Shown here piece after piece: positions 1 through 9,239 of a stretch of 64,000 nucleotides of DNA (the stretch's first letter is position 1; each line of letters begins with the position of its first letter). Source of the DNA: Candidatus Bathyarchaeota archaeon (GTDB taxonomy: Archaea > Thermoproteota > Bathyarchaeia > Bathyarchaeales > Bathycorpusculaceae); assembly GCA_963833575.1 (NCBI GenBank), contig CAWHXY010000004.1, positions 832,001 through 896,000 on the forward strand, read 5' to 3'. The position numbers and the translations under genes are program-made. The notes below the pieces were generated by a model. It made no database searches, was not told where the DNA came from, and was given only the letters and a program-made list of their open reading frames with translations.

Positions 1-1
1 G

Positions 2-529
2 ATCAGGCCTAAGAAAAGTGGTTTAGGTACAGCCATTACTGATGGCTTTAGATTCTTTTTATCACTAAAACAAATGCCAAAATATGTTATGACCATGGAT
101 GCTGATTACTCGCATAATCCTCAGGATATTCCAAGGCTGCTCTCAACCATGTATGCAAATGATTGCGCGATAGTAATTGGCAGCCGATATGTTAAAGGTG
201 GAAAAATAGAAGGTTGGCCTTTCACTAGAAAAATAATTAGCCGAACAGCTAACTCCATAGCAAAATTTTCGCTTAGTCTAAAGCCCCTTGATTGTACAAG
301 TGGCTTTCGCTGTTACTCAACCAAGTTCTTAACAGAAGCTATCAGCAATCTTCACAGTCACACTTACGAAATCCAAATAGAAACCATAAGACAAGCATCT
401 CTCAGAAATTTCAACATGAAAGAGACTCCTGTCTTATTTGTTAACAGAAAAAGCGGAAAATCAAAACTCACATCAACTGAAATCCGAAGCTACCTGACCT
501 ACACATTAAAGGCAATCTCTCGTTCATAA
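2..529 (+). CDS. GT2 polyprenol-phosphate mannose synthase-like glycosyltransferase (5' truncated by window edge)
   Basis: Frame is open from base 2 (RPKKSGLGTA...). Contains MDADYSH (DxD), IGSRY and DCTSGFR motifs. Confidence 0.85.
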   Translation: MRPKKSGLGTAITDGFRFFLSLKQMPKYVMTMDADYSHNPQDIPRLLSTMYANDCAIVIGSRYVKGGKIEGWPFTRKIISRTANSIAKFSLSLKPLDCTSGFRCYSTKFLTEAISNLHSHTYEIQIETIRQASLRNFNMKETPVLFVNRKSGKSKLTSTEIRSYLTYTLKAISRS

Positions 530-731
530 TTGTACTTTTTTCAGATTGTTTCAGCTCAACAATGGTTACCTTTTGTGATTATAGTACTTTCGTTTACCCA
601 AGTCTCATAGTTTATTGCATATTTTTTGGAGGTTTGACCATTATAGTGCATTTTCTCTTATGTCCGGTATATAGTTAAATTTAGGAAAAGCAATTATTAA
701 AATAACTTATTTAAAGAGGGAGCAACGAAAA

Positions 732-1955
732 ATGGAGGTTTCTCGAGACTTCGTTTATCAAAAATTCTGCGATTACTACCGAGATCCCTCCACAGTTATA
801 CCTGCACCAGTTTCAAGTAGCCAAAGAGAGTTTGCCTATCTGCTTTTCAAAGAACGATTTATGGTTAGACACAAAAGATTTGAGAAAATTGAAAACTTAC
901 GGTCAGTGCTAAATGAAACTATCCCATCAGACGTTTATCACTCGTGCGCGTATTATGAAAACCCAGATTTCGACATGAACAAAAAAGGTTGGCTAGGCGC
1001 CGACTTAGTCTTCGACATAGATGCGGACCATATTCCCACAACCTGTGACAAAATCCATGACGAATTCACATGTGTAAGATGCGGATTCAAAGTCAGAGGA
1101 ATAACTCCAGAAACTTGTCCCGCTTGTGAAGCGACAAAATTTGAAGCCAAAACCTGGCCTTGCGAAATATGCATAAAATCTGCCAGAGATGAAACCGCCA
1201 AACTGATTGATATGCTGGAAAATGATTTTGGCTTTTCTCTAGATGAGTTACACGTGTTTTTTTCCGGGCATAGAGGATACCATGTCCATGTCGAGGAAGA
1301 ATCAGTGAGGTCATTAGATGCCATGGCAAGAAAGGAAATAGTTGATTATGTCACTGGATTAGGCTTATCTTTGTTTGACAAAGATGCTAGGTCAAAACCT
1401 GGCAAGCGTGCTACTCAAAAATTTAGTTTACACAATTTTGGATGGAACAGACGACTAAAATTAGGAATGCAAAATTTTCTGTTAAACGCCACGAAGGAAG
1501 ACCTGAAAAAAATAGGTTTAAGAAATAACGCAGTTCTAAAAAATAAGGAAATTATTATTAAACGCTGTATAAATGAGGGCCGATGGGACAGCGTTAAGGA
1601 CATAAGCATTCAAACGTGGCTAAAACTTGCTGATCATATACGCGAACTGCAATCAGCTAATATAGATACGGTTGTTACAACTGATGTGCACCGGCTTATC
1701 AGGATGAATGGTACTTTGCATGGCAAAACAGGATTGAAAAAAGTTGAGTTCCCAGCTAAAAATCTGGAGGATTTCGATCCTTTTACTGGAGCGGTAGCTT
1801 TTAAAAAGGGCGCTGTAAAGGTGTTGGTCTCTGATGCGCCGATGTTTAAGTTGGGTGGAGAAACTTTGGGTCCATACAAGGATGAGACAATAGAATTGCC
1901 TGTTGCGGCAGCGGTTATGCTTATTTGTAAGGGTAGAGCAAAGGTGGCGAATTGA
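732..1955 (+). CDS. priS: DNA primase small (catalytic) subunit
   Basis: LVFDIDAD, FSGHRGYHV and ID..VT.D..RLIR..GTLHGKTG motifs; sits upstream of gins15. Confidence 0.95.
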   Translation: MEVSRDFVYQKFCDYYRDPSTVIPAPVSSSQREFAYLLFKERFMVRHKRFEKIENLRSVLNETIPSDVYHSCAYYENPDFDMNKKGWLGADLVFDIDADHIPTTCDKIHDEFTCVRCGFKVRGITPETCPACEATKFEAKTWPCEICIKSARDETAKLIDMLENDFGFSLDELHVFFSGHRGYHVHVEEESVRSLDAMARKEIVDYVTGLGLSLFDKDARSKPGKRATQKFSLHNFGWNRRLKLGMQNFLLNATKEDLKKIGLRNNAVLKNKEIIIKRCINEGRWDSVKDISIQTWLKLADHIRELQSANIDTVVTTDVHRLIRMNGTLHGKTGLKKVEFPAKNLEDFDPFTGAVAFKKGAVKVLVSDAPMFKLGGETLGPYKDETIELPVAAAVMLICKGRAKVAN

Positions 1956-2558
1956 ATGTATAATGAACTTTATGCAGCATGGCAAAGAGAAATCGAAGAA
2001 AGATCGCTTGGAGGTTTACCACCTGACTTCTACGCTAGAATAGCCGATTACCTGCGACACATAAACGAAGAGAACAAAATGCTTGACAAAAAATCCATCA
2101 AAGTAAACCTGTTAGACCATGAAGCTCAGAACGTTAAGCGGATGCTTGAGGAACTGCTTTGGGCAAGATACAGGAAACTTGTTAAAACCATCACTCAAAG
2201 CAAGAAGTTGCCATCTGACTTGTTAACGGTTGAAGAAACCAAGATGTGTGAAAGTTTTGTCGCCTTCGCTGATGTATACCAAAGGTTCGCTAGAGACATC
2301 CTTCAAGGGCAAATCATCAAAGTGGCAGTTGTCGCCGCCATTGACTCGAAGGCAGACTTGAAGATAGAATCCAAAGTGGAAACTCCAGTTACTCATAAGC
2401 GAGTAGCTTTACGATTCATAAAGAATATTCCAACTATCATTGGGGCCGATATGAAGACTTATGGTCCATTCGTAGTTGAGGATGTTGCTTCTTTACCTGT
2501 TGAGAATGCTAAAATGTTAGTTAAACAGGGTTTAGCTGTGTCGATTGAGGTTTCATAG
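1956..2558 (+). CDS. gins15: GINS complex subunit Gins15/51
   Basis: LPPDFY A-domain and C-terminal IIGADMKTYGPF...LPVENA..LVKQG B-domain; conserved priS-gins15 synteny. Confidence 0.85.
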   Translation: MYNELYAAWQREIEERSLGGLPPDFYARIADYLRHINEENKMLDKKSIKVNLLDHEAQNVKRMLEELLWARYRKLVKTITQSKKLPSDLLTVEETKMCESFVAFADVYQRFARDILQGQIIKVAVVAAIDSKADLKIESKVETPVTHKRVALRFIKNIPTIIGADMKTYGPFVVEDVASLPVENAKMLVKQGLAVSIEVS

Positions 2559-3603
2559 CGTTATCTATGATAGAATCGACTTTCTTTGTCTTTATCTTCC
2601 GCCATAAACCTTGACTCACAAGAATAATTAGTGGATAACAAACAATCCAGATAATCGCATATATGGGGCCGTAGTAGTAATGGAATGTTTGCACTTGGGC
2701 CGAGTCTATGCCATATTCTGTACCAATTGTAAAGATTGTGACTATTCGCAAGACGTTTATGAAGTAAGTAACCCCTGCTCCGAAGGCGAAGTATCCCACC
2801 TTAGCTTTCCAAGAGATTGGCATCCGCTGCAAAAACAGCAAAGTAACAGCCGTGAAAATTAGAAGACTTTCAATGCCTGCACAAGGCCAAGCTATCGCAA
2901 ATTTAGCTGTTCCTAATGATCCTGTTACTTGCAAGGTTGGCATGCCATTTTCTGTTCCAGTCAAAACGGCGTATCCCATTAAGCCCAGAACAAAAGCTGC
3001 AAGGGTGGCAGTTGTTGGAACTAATAGTTGAAATGGAGTAAATTGGCCATAAGGAAATATATTATCAATGGCATAAATTACCCCGACTAAACAGACAAAT
3101 AACGCAGGTAATGCAAAACCAGTCAAACCCTTTTTTCCAAAAAATAAGAAAGTGATTAAAAGGCAGAGAACTGAGAAAACAAGGTACTCCATCGCAATCG
3201 GCATGGACAAGAAGAAGGTAATCCCGATTTGTTTGGATGCATTTGCAATCGTCCAGTTTAGACCAAAATAATACTCCGAAATTACATACAACGTTGGAAG
3301 CAACAAGGCAACGGCGACTGCGATAAGTCCTGCCTTGTTTTGTTTGTTAATTTTCAGCTGAATATTTTCCCAGCTGAGAATGAACTCTAATGCTATTAAC
3401 CAAATAAAGAACAATTCGAAGGTTCTGCCCTTCCACATTAATTGAAACGAAAACTGGGAACTTGGTCCAAGGTATGGATCAGGCAGATTTAGCCAATACA
3501 GCAAAGCCAGCGGAACAACGAACGCAAATAACGGAAGCATTTTTATGAAGAATGCTGAGTGACTTTTGATTTTCATAAAAAGTTGCGATGTCAATGCATT
3601 CAT
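2521..3603 (-). CDS. Archaeosortase/exosortase-family membrane transpeptidase
   Basis: Multi-TM protein with the Cys/Arg/His triad motifs WPCAG, NVLRI and FHYYYG. Confidence 0.85.
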   Translation of the reverse strand: MNALTSQLFMKIKSHSAFFIKMLPLFAFVVPLALLYWLNLPDPYLGPSSQFSFQLMWKGRTFELFFIWLIALEFILSWENIQLKINKQNKAGLIAVAVALLLPTLYVISEYYFGLNWTIANASKQIGITFFLSMPIAMEYLVFSVLCLLITFLFFGKKGLTGFALPALFVCLVGVIYAIDNIFPYGQFTPFQLLVPTTATLAAFVLGLMGYAVLTGTENGMPTLQVTGSLGTAKFAIAWPCAGIESLLIFTAVTLLFLQRMPISWKAKVGYFAFGAGVTYFINVLRIVTIFTIGTEYGIDSAQVQTFHYYYGPIYAIIWIVCYPLIILVSQGLWRKIKTKKVDSIIDNAMKPQSTQLNPV

Positions 3604-3831
3604 ACCTGCAGACTAGATATGATGTAACATTACTTTCAGTTTAAAAAAGGCTATGGCTTTTTGTCAAATAACGGGTTACTGAGAGCATCCACCAGAATTA
3701 TGATGGATAAATAAGCTTTGTAGATTCGATGGACGGTAGTTCAATGGGTGAATGCCTCGAGTTTTTATCTCATAAGTGAAAAAGTATAAGAATGCGTATG
3801 TTTCTTCTATGCAAAGCTGGTCGTGAAGAAC

Positions 3832-4107
3832 GTGAACGTTCCCAAAGAAGTTAAAACTTACTGTCCAAAATGTAAAGCTCATCAGATTCACAGTGTAACC
3901 CTTTACAAGCCTGGGAAGCGCAGAGCGTTAGCTCACGGTGAGCGTGCCCATGCTAGAGAAAAAGAGGGTTACGGCGGACAAAAATATGCACTTCAAAGAG
4001 AATTTGCTAAAACAACTAAGAAACAAACCTTGCGCCTTAAGTGCAAAGTCTGCAATTTCATGAGGCACAAGGATGGTATTCGACTAAGAAAACTAGTTAT
4101 ACAATAA
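3832..4107 (+). CDS. rpl44e: 50S ribosomal protein L44e
   Basis: PKEVKTYCPKC..H..H, GYGGQK, KTTKK..LRLKC..C. GTG start chosen at 3832. Confidence 0.95.
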   Translation: MNVPKEVKTYCPKCKAHQIHSVTLYKPGKRRALAHGERAHAREKEGYGGQKYALQREFAKTTKKQTLRLKCKVCNFMRHKDGIRLRKLVIQ

Positions 4108-4121
4108 TGGAGAAAACTGTT

Positions 4122-4319
4122 ATGTCTGAATGGAGTAAACTTATTCCGAAACCACGAAGCGTCTTCCTTAGAGTTAAATGTCCAAAATGTGGTAACGAAC
4201 AATTGGTCTTCAGCAATGCTGTTAACAAAATTAACTGCAACGTTTGTGGGGAAACCTTAGCCGAACCTTCTGGTGGAAGGGCAAAAATCAAAGGCGACGT
4301 ACAAGCAGTTCTTGAATAA
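4122..4319 (+). CDS. rps27e: 30S ribosomal protein S27e
   Basis: IPKPRS.FLRVKCPKCGNEQ...CNVCG..LAEPSGGRA. Alternative ATG at 4107. Confidence 0.95.
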   Translation: MSEWSKLIPKPRSVFLRVKCPKCGNEQLVFSNAVNKINCNVCGETLAEPSGGRAKIKGDVQAVLE

Positions 4320-4335
4320 GGGATGAAGTAACTTA

Positions 4336-4500
4336 ATGGCTGAGCGTAAGCCCGAGTGGCGAGAAGCCGGCAACTTAACAATAACCAGTATGAAAACATT
4401 CACTGACTTCGGCGCTTATAGTGAACTTGACGAAAATAATAAATACATTTTAGTCGCCAACAAAGCATGTGGGCAAGACATTTTCAGAAGGGAAGATTAA
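4336..4500 (+). pseudogene. Internally deleted remnant of translation initiation factor aIF2 alpha subunit (54 aa)
   Basis: Manual translation MAERKPEWREAGNLTITSMKTFTDFGAYSELDENNKYILVANKACGQDIFRRED. The N-terminus matches the aIF2-alpha S1-domain start (PE.G.LV..T....DYGAY..LDEY) and the end resembles its C-terminus. It occupies the conserved rps27e-aIF2a-nop10 slot. Confidence 0.8.
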
Positions 4501-4668
4501 ATGGTATGGCAACTGCGCAAATGCGTAAACTGCGAAAAATACACTCTGCAGAAGGATAAATGCCCTTTCTGTGGAGGACCAGTTAGGATTCCACATCCGC
4601 CGAAATTTTCTCCTGATGACAAATATCTAAAATATCGAATGGCTATGAAAAAGAGTTGTACTGAATGA
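4501..4668 (+). CDS. nop10: H/ACA RNP protein Nop10
   Basis: Not in ORF track. Manual translation MVWQLRKCVNCEKYTLQKDKCPFCGGPVRIPHPPKFSPDDKYLKYR... Confidence 0.93.
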   Translation: MVWQLRKCVNCEKYTLQKDKCPFCGGPVRIPHPPKFSPDDKYLKYRMAMKKSCTE

Positions 4669-5438
4669 AAGAAACCTACATTAAAGAATTCATGGAAATT
4701 GAGCCAAACAATCCTGTTCTTATCGAGGGTCTCCCAGGTTTAGGCCTTGTGGGCAAAATTGCACTTCGTTACCTGATTAAACAATTAAAGGCCAAGAAAA
4801 TTGCTTATCTTTACTCGCCTCATTTTCCTTACTTCGTCTTAGTTAACAAAAAGGGCAACGTTCGTCTATTAAGAGGGGCATTTTACTTTTACAAAAATCC
4901 AACTGGATCAAACGATATAATCTTGTTCACCGGAGATAGCCAATCACAAACAATTGAAGGCCAATACGAAATTGCTGATCGCATCCTTGATTTCTCAGAA
5001 AAATACGGCGTAAAAACCATAGCGACCATTGGAGGGTACCGAATGGAGCCACAAGAAAAACCCAAAGTTTTCATCGCTGCAACATCACAGGAGGTATTGG
5101 ACAAAGCTTTGCAAGCAGGCGCAACCTTGAGCACTTCAGGAAGCCCCATTGTTGGCACAGCAGGATTAATTCTTGGTCTAGCCAAATTCAAAAAAATAAG
5201 CGCTCTTTGCCTCCTTGGTGAAACACGAGGTTATCTGCCTGATCCTCTTGCGGCAAAAAGCATTTTAGAAGTCTTAAAATCTACTTTTAACTTCGACTTA
5301 GACTTAACCGGATTAAACGAAGAAATTACTCGGGCAGAAACAATGGTGGCTCGTCTACAGCAAATTGAAGAAAAGCGTGCTTTGCAAGCAGAAGAAACAC
5401 GTAAAGAAGATGATAAGAAAACCACTTACATTTCTTAA
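4665..5438 (+). CDS. Proteasome assembly chaperone (PAC2) family protein
   Basis: LIEGLPGLGLVGKIA, IVGTAGL, CLLGET.GYLPDP; conserved position after nop10. Confidence 0.9.
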   Translation: MKETYIKEFMEIEPNNPVLIEGLPGLGLVGKIALRYLIKQLKAKKIAYLYSPHFPYFVLVNKKGNVRLLRGAFYFYKNPTGSNDIILFTGDSQSQTIEGQYEIADRILDFSEKYGVKTIATIGGYRMEPQEKPKVFIAATSQEVLDKALQAGATLSTSGSPIVGTAGLILGLAKFKKISALCLLGETRGYLPDPLAAKSILEVLKSTFNFDLDLTGLNEEITRAETMVARLQQIEEKRALQAEETRKEDDKKTTYIS

Positions 5439-6526
5439 GTGGCAAAGCTTTTCTTTATTATTTCGAGAATTTTTTGGGCTGCAGTACCATCTCCGAAGGG
5501 TGAAGTAAACGGCAAACTCGTTTTCTTTTCTACAGCTTCTTCTATAGCTACTAAAATGTCTTTCTTATCAGTTCCAACGACTTTGGCGAATCCTGCTTCC
5601 ACTGCCTCTATTCTTTCAGTTGACAAACGCATTACTATAACTGGTTTCCTTATGTTTGGAGCGGTTGCTTCCTCTTGGATACCGCCTGAATCGGTGATTA
5701 ATAGTTTACAGTTTTTCAACAAGACCAAAAAATCCAAATATCCTTGGGGTGGAAGTATTAGCAGATTTTTTAGCGCTTCCATTTTCGTTAGTAAGTTGTT
5801 TTGTTGAAGTTGTTTTCGTGTTCTCGGATGCATCGGGTAAACAAAGGGGATGGGTGATTTCGAGAAAATGTAAATCAAAGATTCAAGAAAGGATGGGTCA
5901 TCAACATTTTCTGCTCTGTGCGCAGTTGTTAAGGCGAATGTTTCAAACGGAATTGTTTTCATGATTGATGATTTTTTTTCGGCGATTGTTAAATTTTCAA
6001 TTACGGCGTCAATTGCTGTGTTTCCAGTTAGGTAGATTTTGCCCCAGACATTTTCTTTTATAAGATTTGCTTTTGCTCGTTCGGTAGGTGCAAATAAGTA
6101 CTCAGATATGTGGTCGGTTAAGCGTCGGTTATGTTCTTCAGGCATGCGAAGATCAAAGCTTCTTAAACCAGCTTCTACATGGCCAATAGGTATCGTTTGT
6201 TTATTGGCCGCTAAAGCTGTTGCCAAAACACTATTTGTATCGCCTTCAACCAGAACTATTGAGGGTTTGATCTTTTCCAGCAACTGGTTCATTTTCGCCA
6301 TTATTTCTGCTGTTTGAGATCCTGGGGACGAGGCTTTAATTTTAAAAGAGAAGTCTGGTGGTGGCAATTCGAGGTTTTCGATGAATTGCTGAGACATGTT
6401 GTAATCATAGTGTTGACCGCAGTGGACAAATACTGATTTCATTTTTGTCTTGTTTAAGGCTCTGATTACCGGAGCCATTTTGATTATTTCAGGTCTTGTC
6501 CCTGCAACTACTAGTATTGGGTTCAC
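5435..6526 (-). CDS. wecB: UDP-N-acetylglucosamine 2-epimerase (non-hydrolysing)
   Basis: GTRPEIIK, GQHYD, HVEAGLRS, PEEHNR, TDSGGIQEEA. Confidence 0.95.
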   Translation of the reverse strand: MNPILVVAGTRPEIIKMAPVIRALNKTKMKSVFVHCGQHYDYNMSQQFIENLELPPPDFSFKIKASSPGSQTAEIMAKMNQLLEKIKPSIVLVEGDTNSVLATALAANKQTIPIGHVEAGLRSFDLRMPEEHNRRLTDHISEYLFAPTERAKANLIKENVWGKIYLTGNTAIDAVIENLTIAEKKSSIMKTIPFETFALTTAHRAENVDDPSFLESLIYIFSKSPIPFVYPMHPRTRKQLQQNNLLTKMEALKNLLILPPQGYLDFLVLLKNCKLLITDSGGIQEEATAPNIRKPVIVMRLSTERIEAVEAGFAKVVGTDKKDILVAIEEAVEKKTSLPFTSPFGDGTAAQKILEIIKKSFAT

Positions 6527-6544
6527 GGCGACTTCTCATTTCGG

Positions 6545-8581
6545 CTAAGTTTTCTTTAAACATCCTTCTCTGGGTTCATAGATTGTCCCTTCACGTAGCA
6601 GCTGGCTAATCATGCGTTCAATTTCTCCTCTTGGGATCTTATGCTTGGTTTCTAATTCGGTGACAAGTGCTTCTTTCTCAACTATGCCTGTTACTTTTTC
6701 CATATCCATCAAAGCTGACAAGATAATATGTAATCTATCTCGCATGCTTTTTGGTCTGCCCGTCATGATCAAGTCAATGTCCACTTTGTAGGAGGACAAG
6801 TCGATTCCTACTTCTTCTAAAGACCTCTTCATTATGTTTATTGCCGCTCCTGCATCTTCAGCCGTCACTTCTTTGCGCAATGCAACACGGGCTCGAGCTT
6901 CTGAAATCCGGACCAGAGACTCTAATTGTCGTGCCGTTATTGCGACAGGTGAACCTTCAGTTTCGCTTGCTCCACGCATAGCTAAGTAAAAATCACTTAG
7001 TTGCTTTGACGCTTCAACACTAAGCACTGGTTTGATCCCTTTTGCGAAGCTAACATATTTTCGAAGTAATTCCACATCGACTTGAGCTTCTACAGGGCTT
7101 ACTCCTCTACGGTGAATTTCTAAAATGTGGTGAGACATCTTGCCGTCTGATTCCTTATTGGGTACGTCTCGCAAAACGAAAATTAAGTCGAAACGGGAAA
7201 GGATTGTTACTGGTAGTGGAACGTTTTCGGCAACTGTTCTGTTGGGTTCATACCTGCCCAAGGATGGGTTGGCGGCTGCAAGTACTGCTGTTCTAGCGTT
7301 TAATGTGGCTACGATTCCGCCTTTTGCAACGGAAACCGTGTGTTGTTCCATGGCTTCGTGGATGGCAACTCGGTCTTCAGGACGCATTTTGTCCATTTCG
7401 TCAATGCAGGCAATTCCTTTGTCAGCTAGTACAAGTGCTCCTGCTTCAAGGCTCATGCTTCCGCCTTTTTCTCTCACAACTGCAGCGGTTAAGCCTGCGG
7501 CGGTGGTTCCTCTACCGGAAGTGTAGAGTCCCCTTGGCGCTATTCTGGCCACATATTGGAGTAGTTGGCTTTTTGCAGTACCAGGATCTCCAATAAGTAA
7601 AGCATTCATTTCGCCCCTAATGTTAACATCTGGCAGACTTTTTGATACCCCGCCGAAAAGCAAGTACATTATTGCTTCTTTTATGTGCTCATAACCGAAG
7701 ATAGACGGTGCAATTGACTGCATGATTTTTTTGTGAACCCATGGATCTTGAGAGAGTGCACGGATTTTTTCTTCTTCTTCAGGCGTTGGAGGTGAAGTTT
7801 CTGGTTCTTTTCCGAGCACTTCCACAGAGTTAGCATCAAGCTGAAGAATGAATGTTCGAAGTTTTCCCATTCCCATTAGCGAAGGTGCAAAAGCGCGGAC
7901 AATGCCAACTATAGAAATGTGATCTCCGGGTCTTGCAACATCAACTATGTCGTCGCCGATAGTCTTTACAGCCAATGTGCGTGGCAATTGCCCCGGAGGC
8001 AGATCTTCAGGTTTTTCTTGTAGCCGTAGATCTTGGGAATCAATAAATGTGGATTCTTCTTGAGTAAATTCGAAGGGGCCATCTCTTCCACAGTCGGGGG
8101 CTTGGCATATGGTTGGGGTTTTTAGGAATTGCCCGGTTTGTTCTACTAGGTTCATTGTTCCACAACGTTTGCATTTGAAAGCTCCTTGTAGAACCATTGG
8201 TCGTACTGGTGTGGCTCTAACTACAATGCCTTCAACCATGATTAACTTTGACATTTGTCTTGAGCCAAGTTTTCTTAGAACCTCTTTGCCTAGAAGCTGA
8301 ACAATTCTTACATTGATTTTTTCTATTTTCTCAGCGTATTCAGAATCTTCTATGCGGAGTTGTTCGTAGGCTCCTTTTCCCGCATGCTGCAAGTATTCTT
8401 CAGGCTTGTTGAGCAATTGTTCAGCTAGTGCCTGATCGAACCCATAAAGTTCTTCGAAATCAATTACTATTGAGTTCTTTCCAGAGATGGCTAACTGTGC
8501 TATTCTCTGTCGATATTTTTCTTTTTTGAAGAACTCTTGGAAAAGTTGTTGTGGATCTACCATTAATTGGTCGTTAGCCAT
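6545..8581 (-). CDS. mcm: MCM replicative helicase
   Basis: Zn finger, GDPGTAKSQ Walker A, IDEMDKM Walker B, SRFD arginine finger; no intein. Confidence 0.97.
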   Translation of the reverse strand: MANDQLMVDPQQLFQEFFKKEKYRQRIAQLAISGKNSIVIDFEELYGFDQALAEQLLNKPEEYLQHAGKGAYEQLRIEDSEYAEKIEKINVRIVQLLGKEVLRKLGSRQMSKLIMVEGIVVRATPVRPMVLQGAFKCKRCGTMNLVEQTGQFLKTPTICQAPDCGRDGPFEFTQEESTFIDSQDLRLQEKPEDLPPGQLPRTLAVKTIGDDIVDVARPGDHISIVGIVRAFAPSLMGMGKLRTFILQLDANSVEVLGKEPETSPPTPEEEEKIRALSQDPWVHKKIMQSIAPSIFGYEHIKEAIMYLLFGGVSKSLPDVNIRGEMNALLIGDPGTAKSQLLQYVARIAPRGLYTSGRGTTAAGLTAAVVREKGGSMSLEAGALVLADKGIACIDEMDKMRPEDRVAIHEAMEQHTVSVAKGGIVATLNARTAVLAAANPSLGRYEPNRTVAENVPLPVTILSRFDLIFVLRDVPNKESDGKMSHHILEIHRRGVSPVEAQVDVELLRKYVSFAKGIKPVLSVEASKQLSDFYLAMRGASETEGSPVAITARQLESLVRISEARARVALRKEVTAEDAGAAINIMKRSLEEVGIDLSSYKVDIDLIMTGRPKSMRDRLHIILSALMDMEKVTGIVEKEALVTELETKHKIPRGEIERMISQLLREGTIYEPREGCLKKT

Positions 8582-8582
8582 C

Positions 8583-9137
8583 TTACTTTTCTCCTTCGGT
8601 TTCTATTATTTCAGTTTTCCATTGCGAGATTATTTTGACGAGTTGTTCGAAGAGGATTTTTTCTTCGCTTGTAAGTTTCTTTAAAATCTGATCGGTTTGT
8701 GTGGGGGCAGAGGATAAAGCCACTATTTTTTTTAACCGTGAATTTACAATGTCGCGTGCTAAATGTTTTGCTTTATTGTATTCTTGATATTTTTCGGTTT
8801 CTTTTGATGCCTGATCTTTCAAATCGAAAATAAACCTACGGAGTTTTGGGTAAAAATCATCTGGTAGTTCAGAAATTTGCCCTGGAATTTGTACGCCTTC
8901 TTTCCACTGCACCTTAAACAGTTTTGTGGCATCCAAAACATCGTCTTCTCGGAAATGAACCATTCCCGAACTCGCTAATTGTTTTGCCACCCAGAAATAA
9001 ACTTCATATTCATTTCCTTCATCAAAAGGGCCAACCGTTAATCCCGCAAGCTTAATCTCAGGACAATTCCTATTAGCAACAATCTTGACCAGTGAATTTT
9101 CATAACGGAAGTCTAAGGTACAGATTTTTGCTGCCAA
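8583..9137 (-). CDS. gins23: GINS complex subunit Gins23
   Basis: Immediately upstream of mcm. B-domain first (GPFDEG..YEV.FWVA..L), then LPDDFY...RLKKI. TTG start at 9137 preferred over 9200. Confidence 0.8.
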   Translation of the reverse strand: MAAKICTLDFRYENSLVKIVANRNCPEIKLAGLTVGPFDEGNEYEVYFWVAKQLASSGMVHFREDDVLDATKLFKVQWKEGVQIPGQISELPDDFYPKLRRFIFDLKDQASKETEKYQEYNKAKHLARDIVNSRLKKIVALSSAPTQTDQILKKLTSEEKILFEQLVKIISQWKTEIIETEGEK

Positions 9138-9239
9138 GTTACTTTTTCCCTTCCCAAACCCGATTGTTTTCCCTTTTGTGGGGTTCAACAGATATAGCAA
9201 GACTGGTTTTAAGGGTTTGCATAAAACGGAAAAGATTGT

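Noticed and set aside
3604-3822. Possible C/D-box sRNA or small gene in the archaeosortase-rpl44e gap
   Set aside because: No convincing paired C and D boxes, and the 71-aa ORF looks non-coding.
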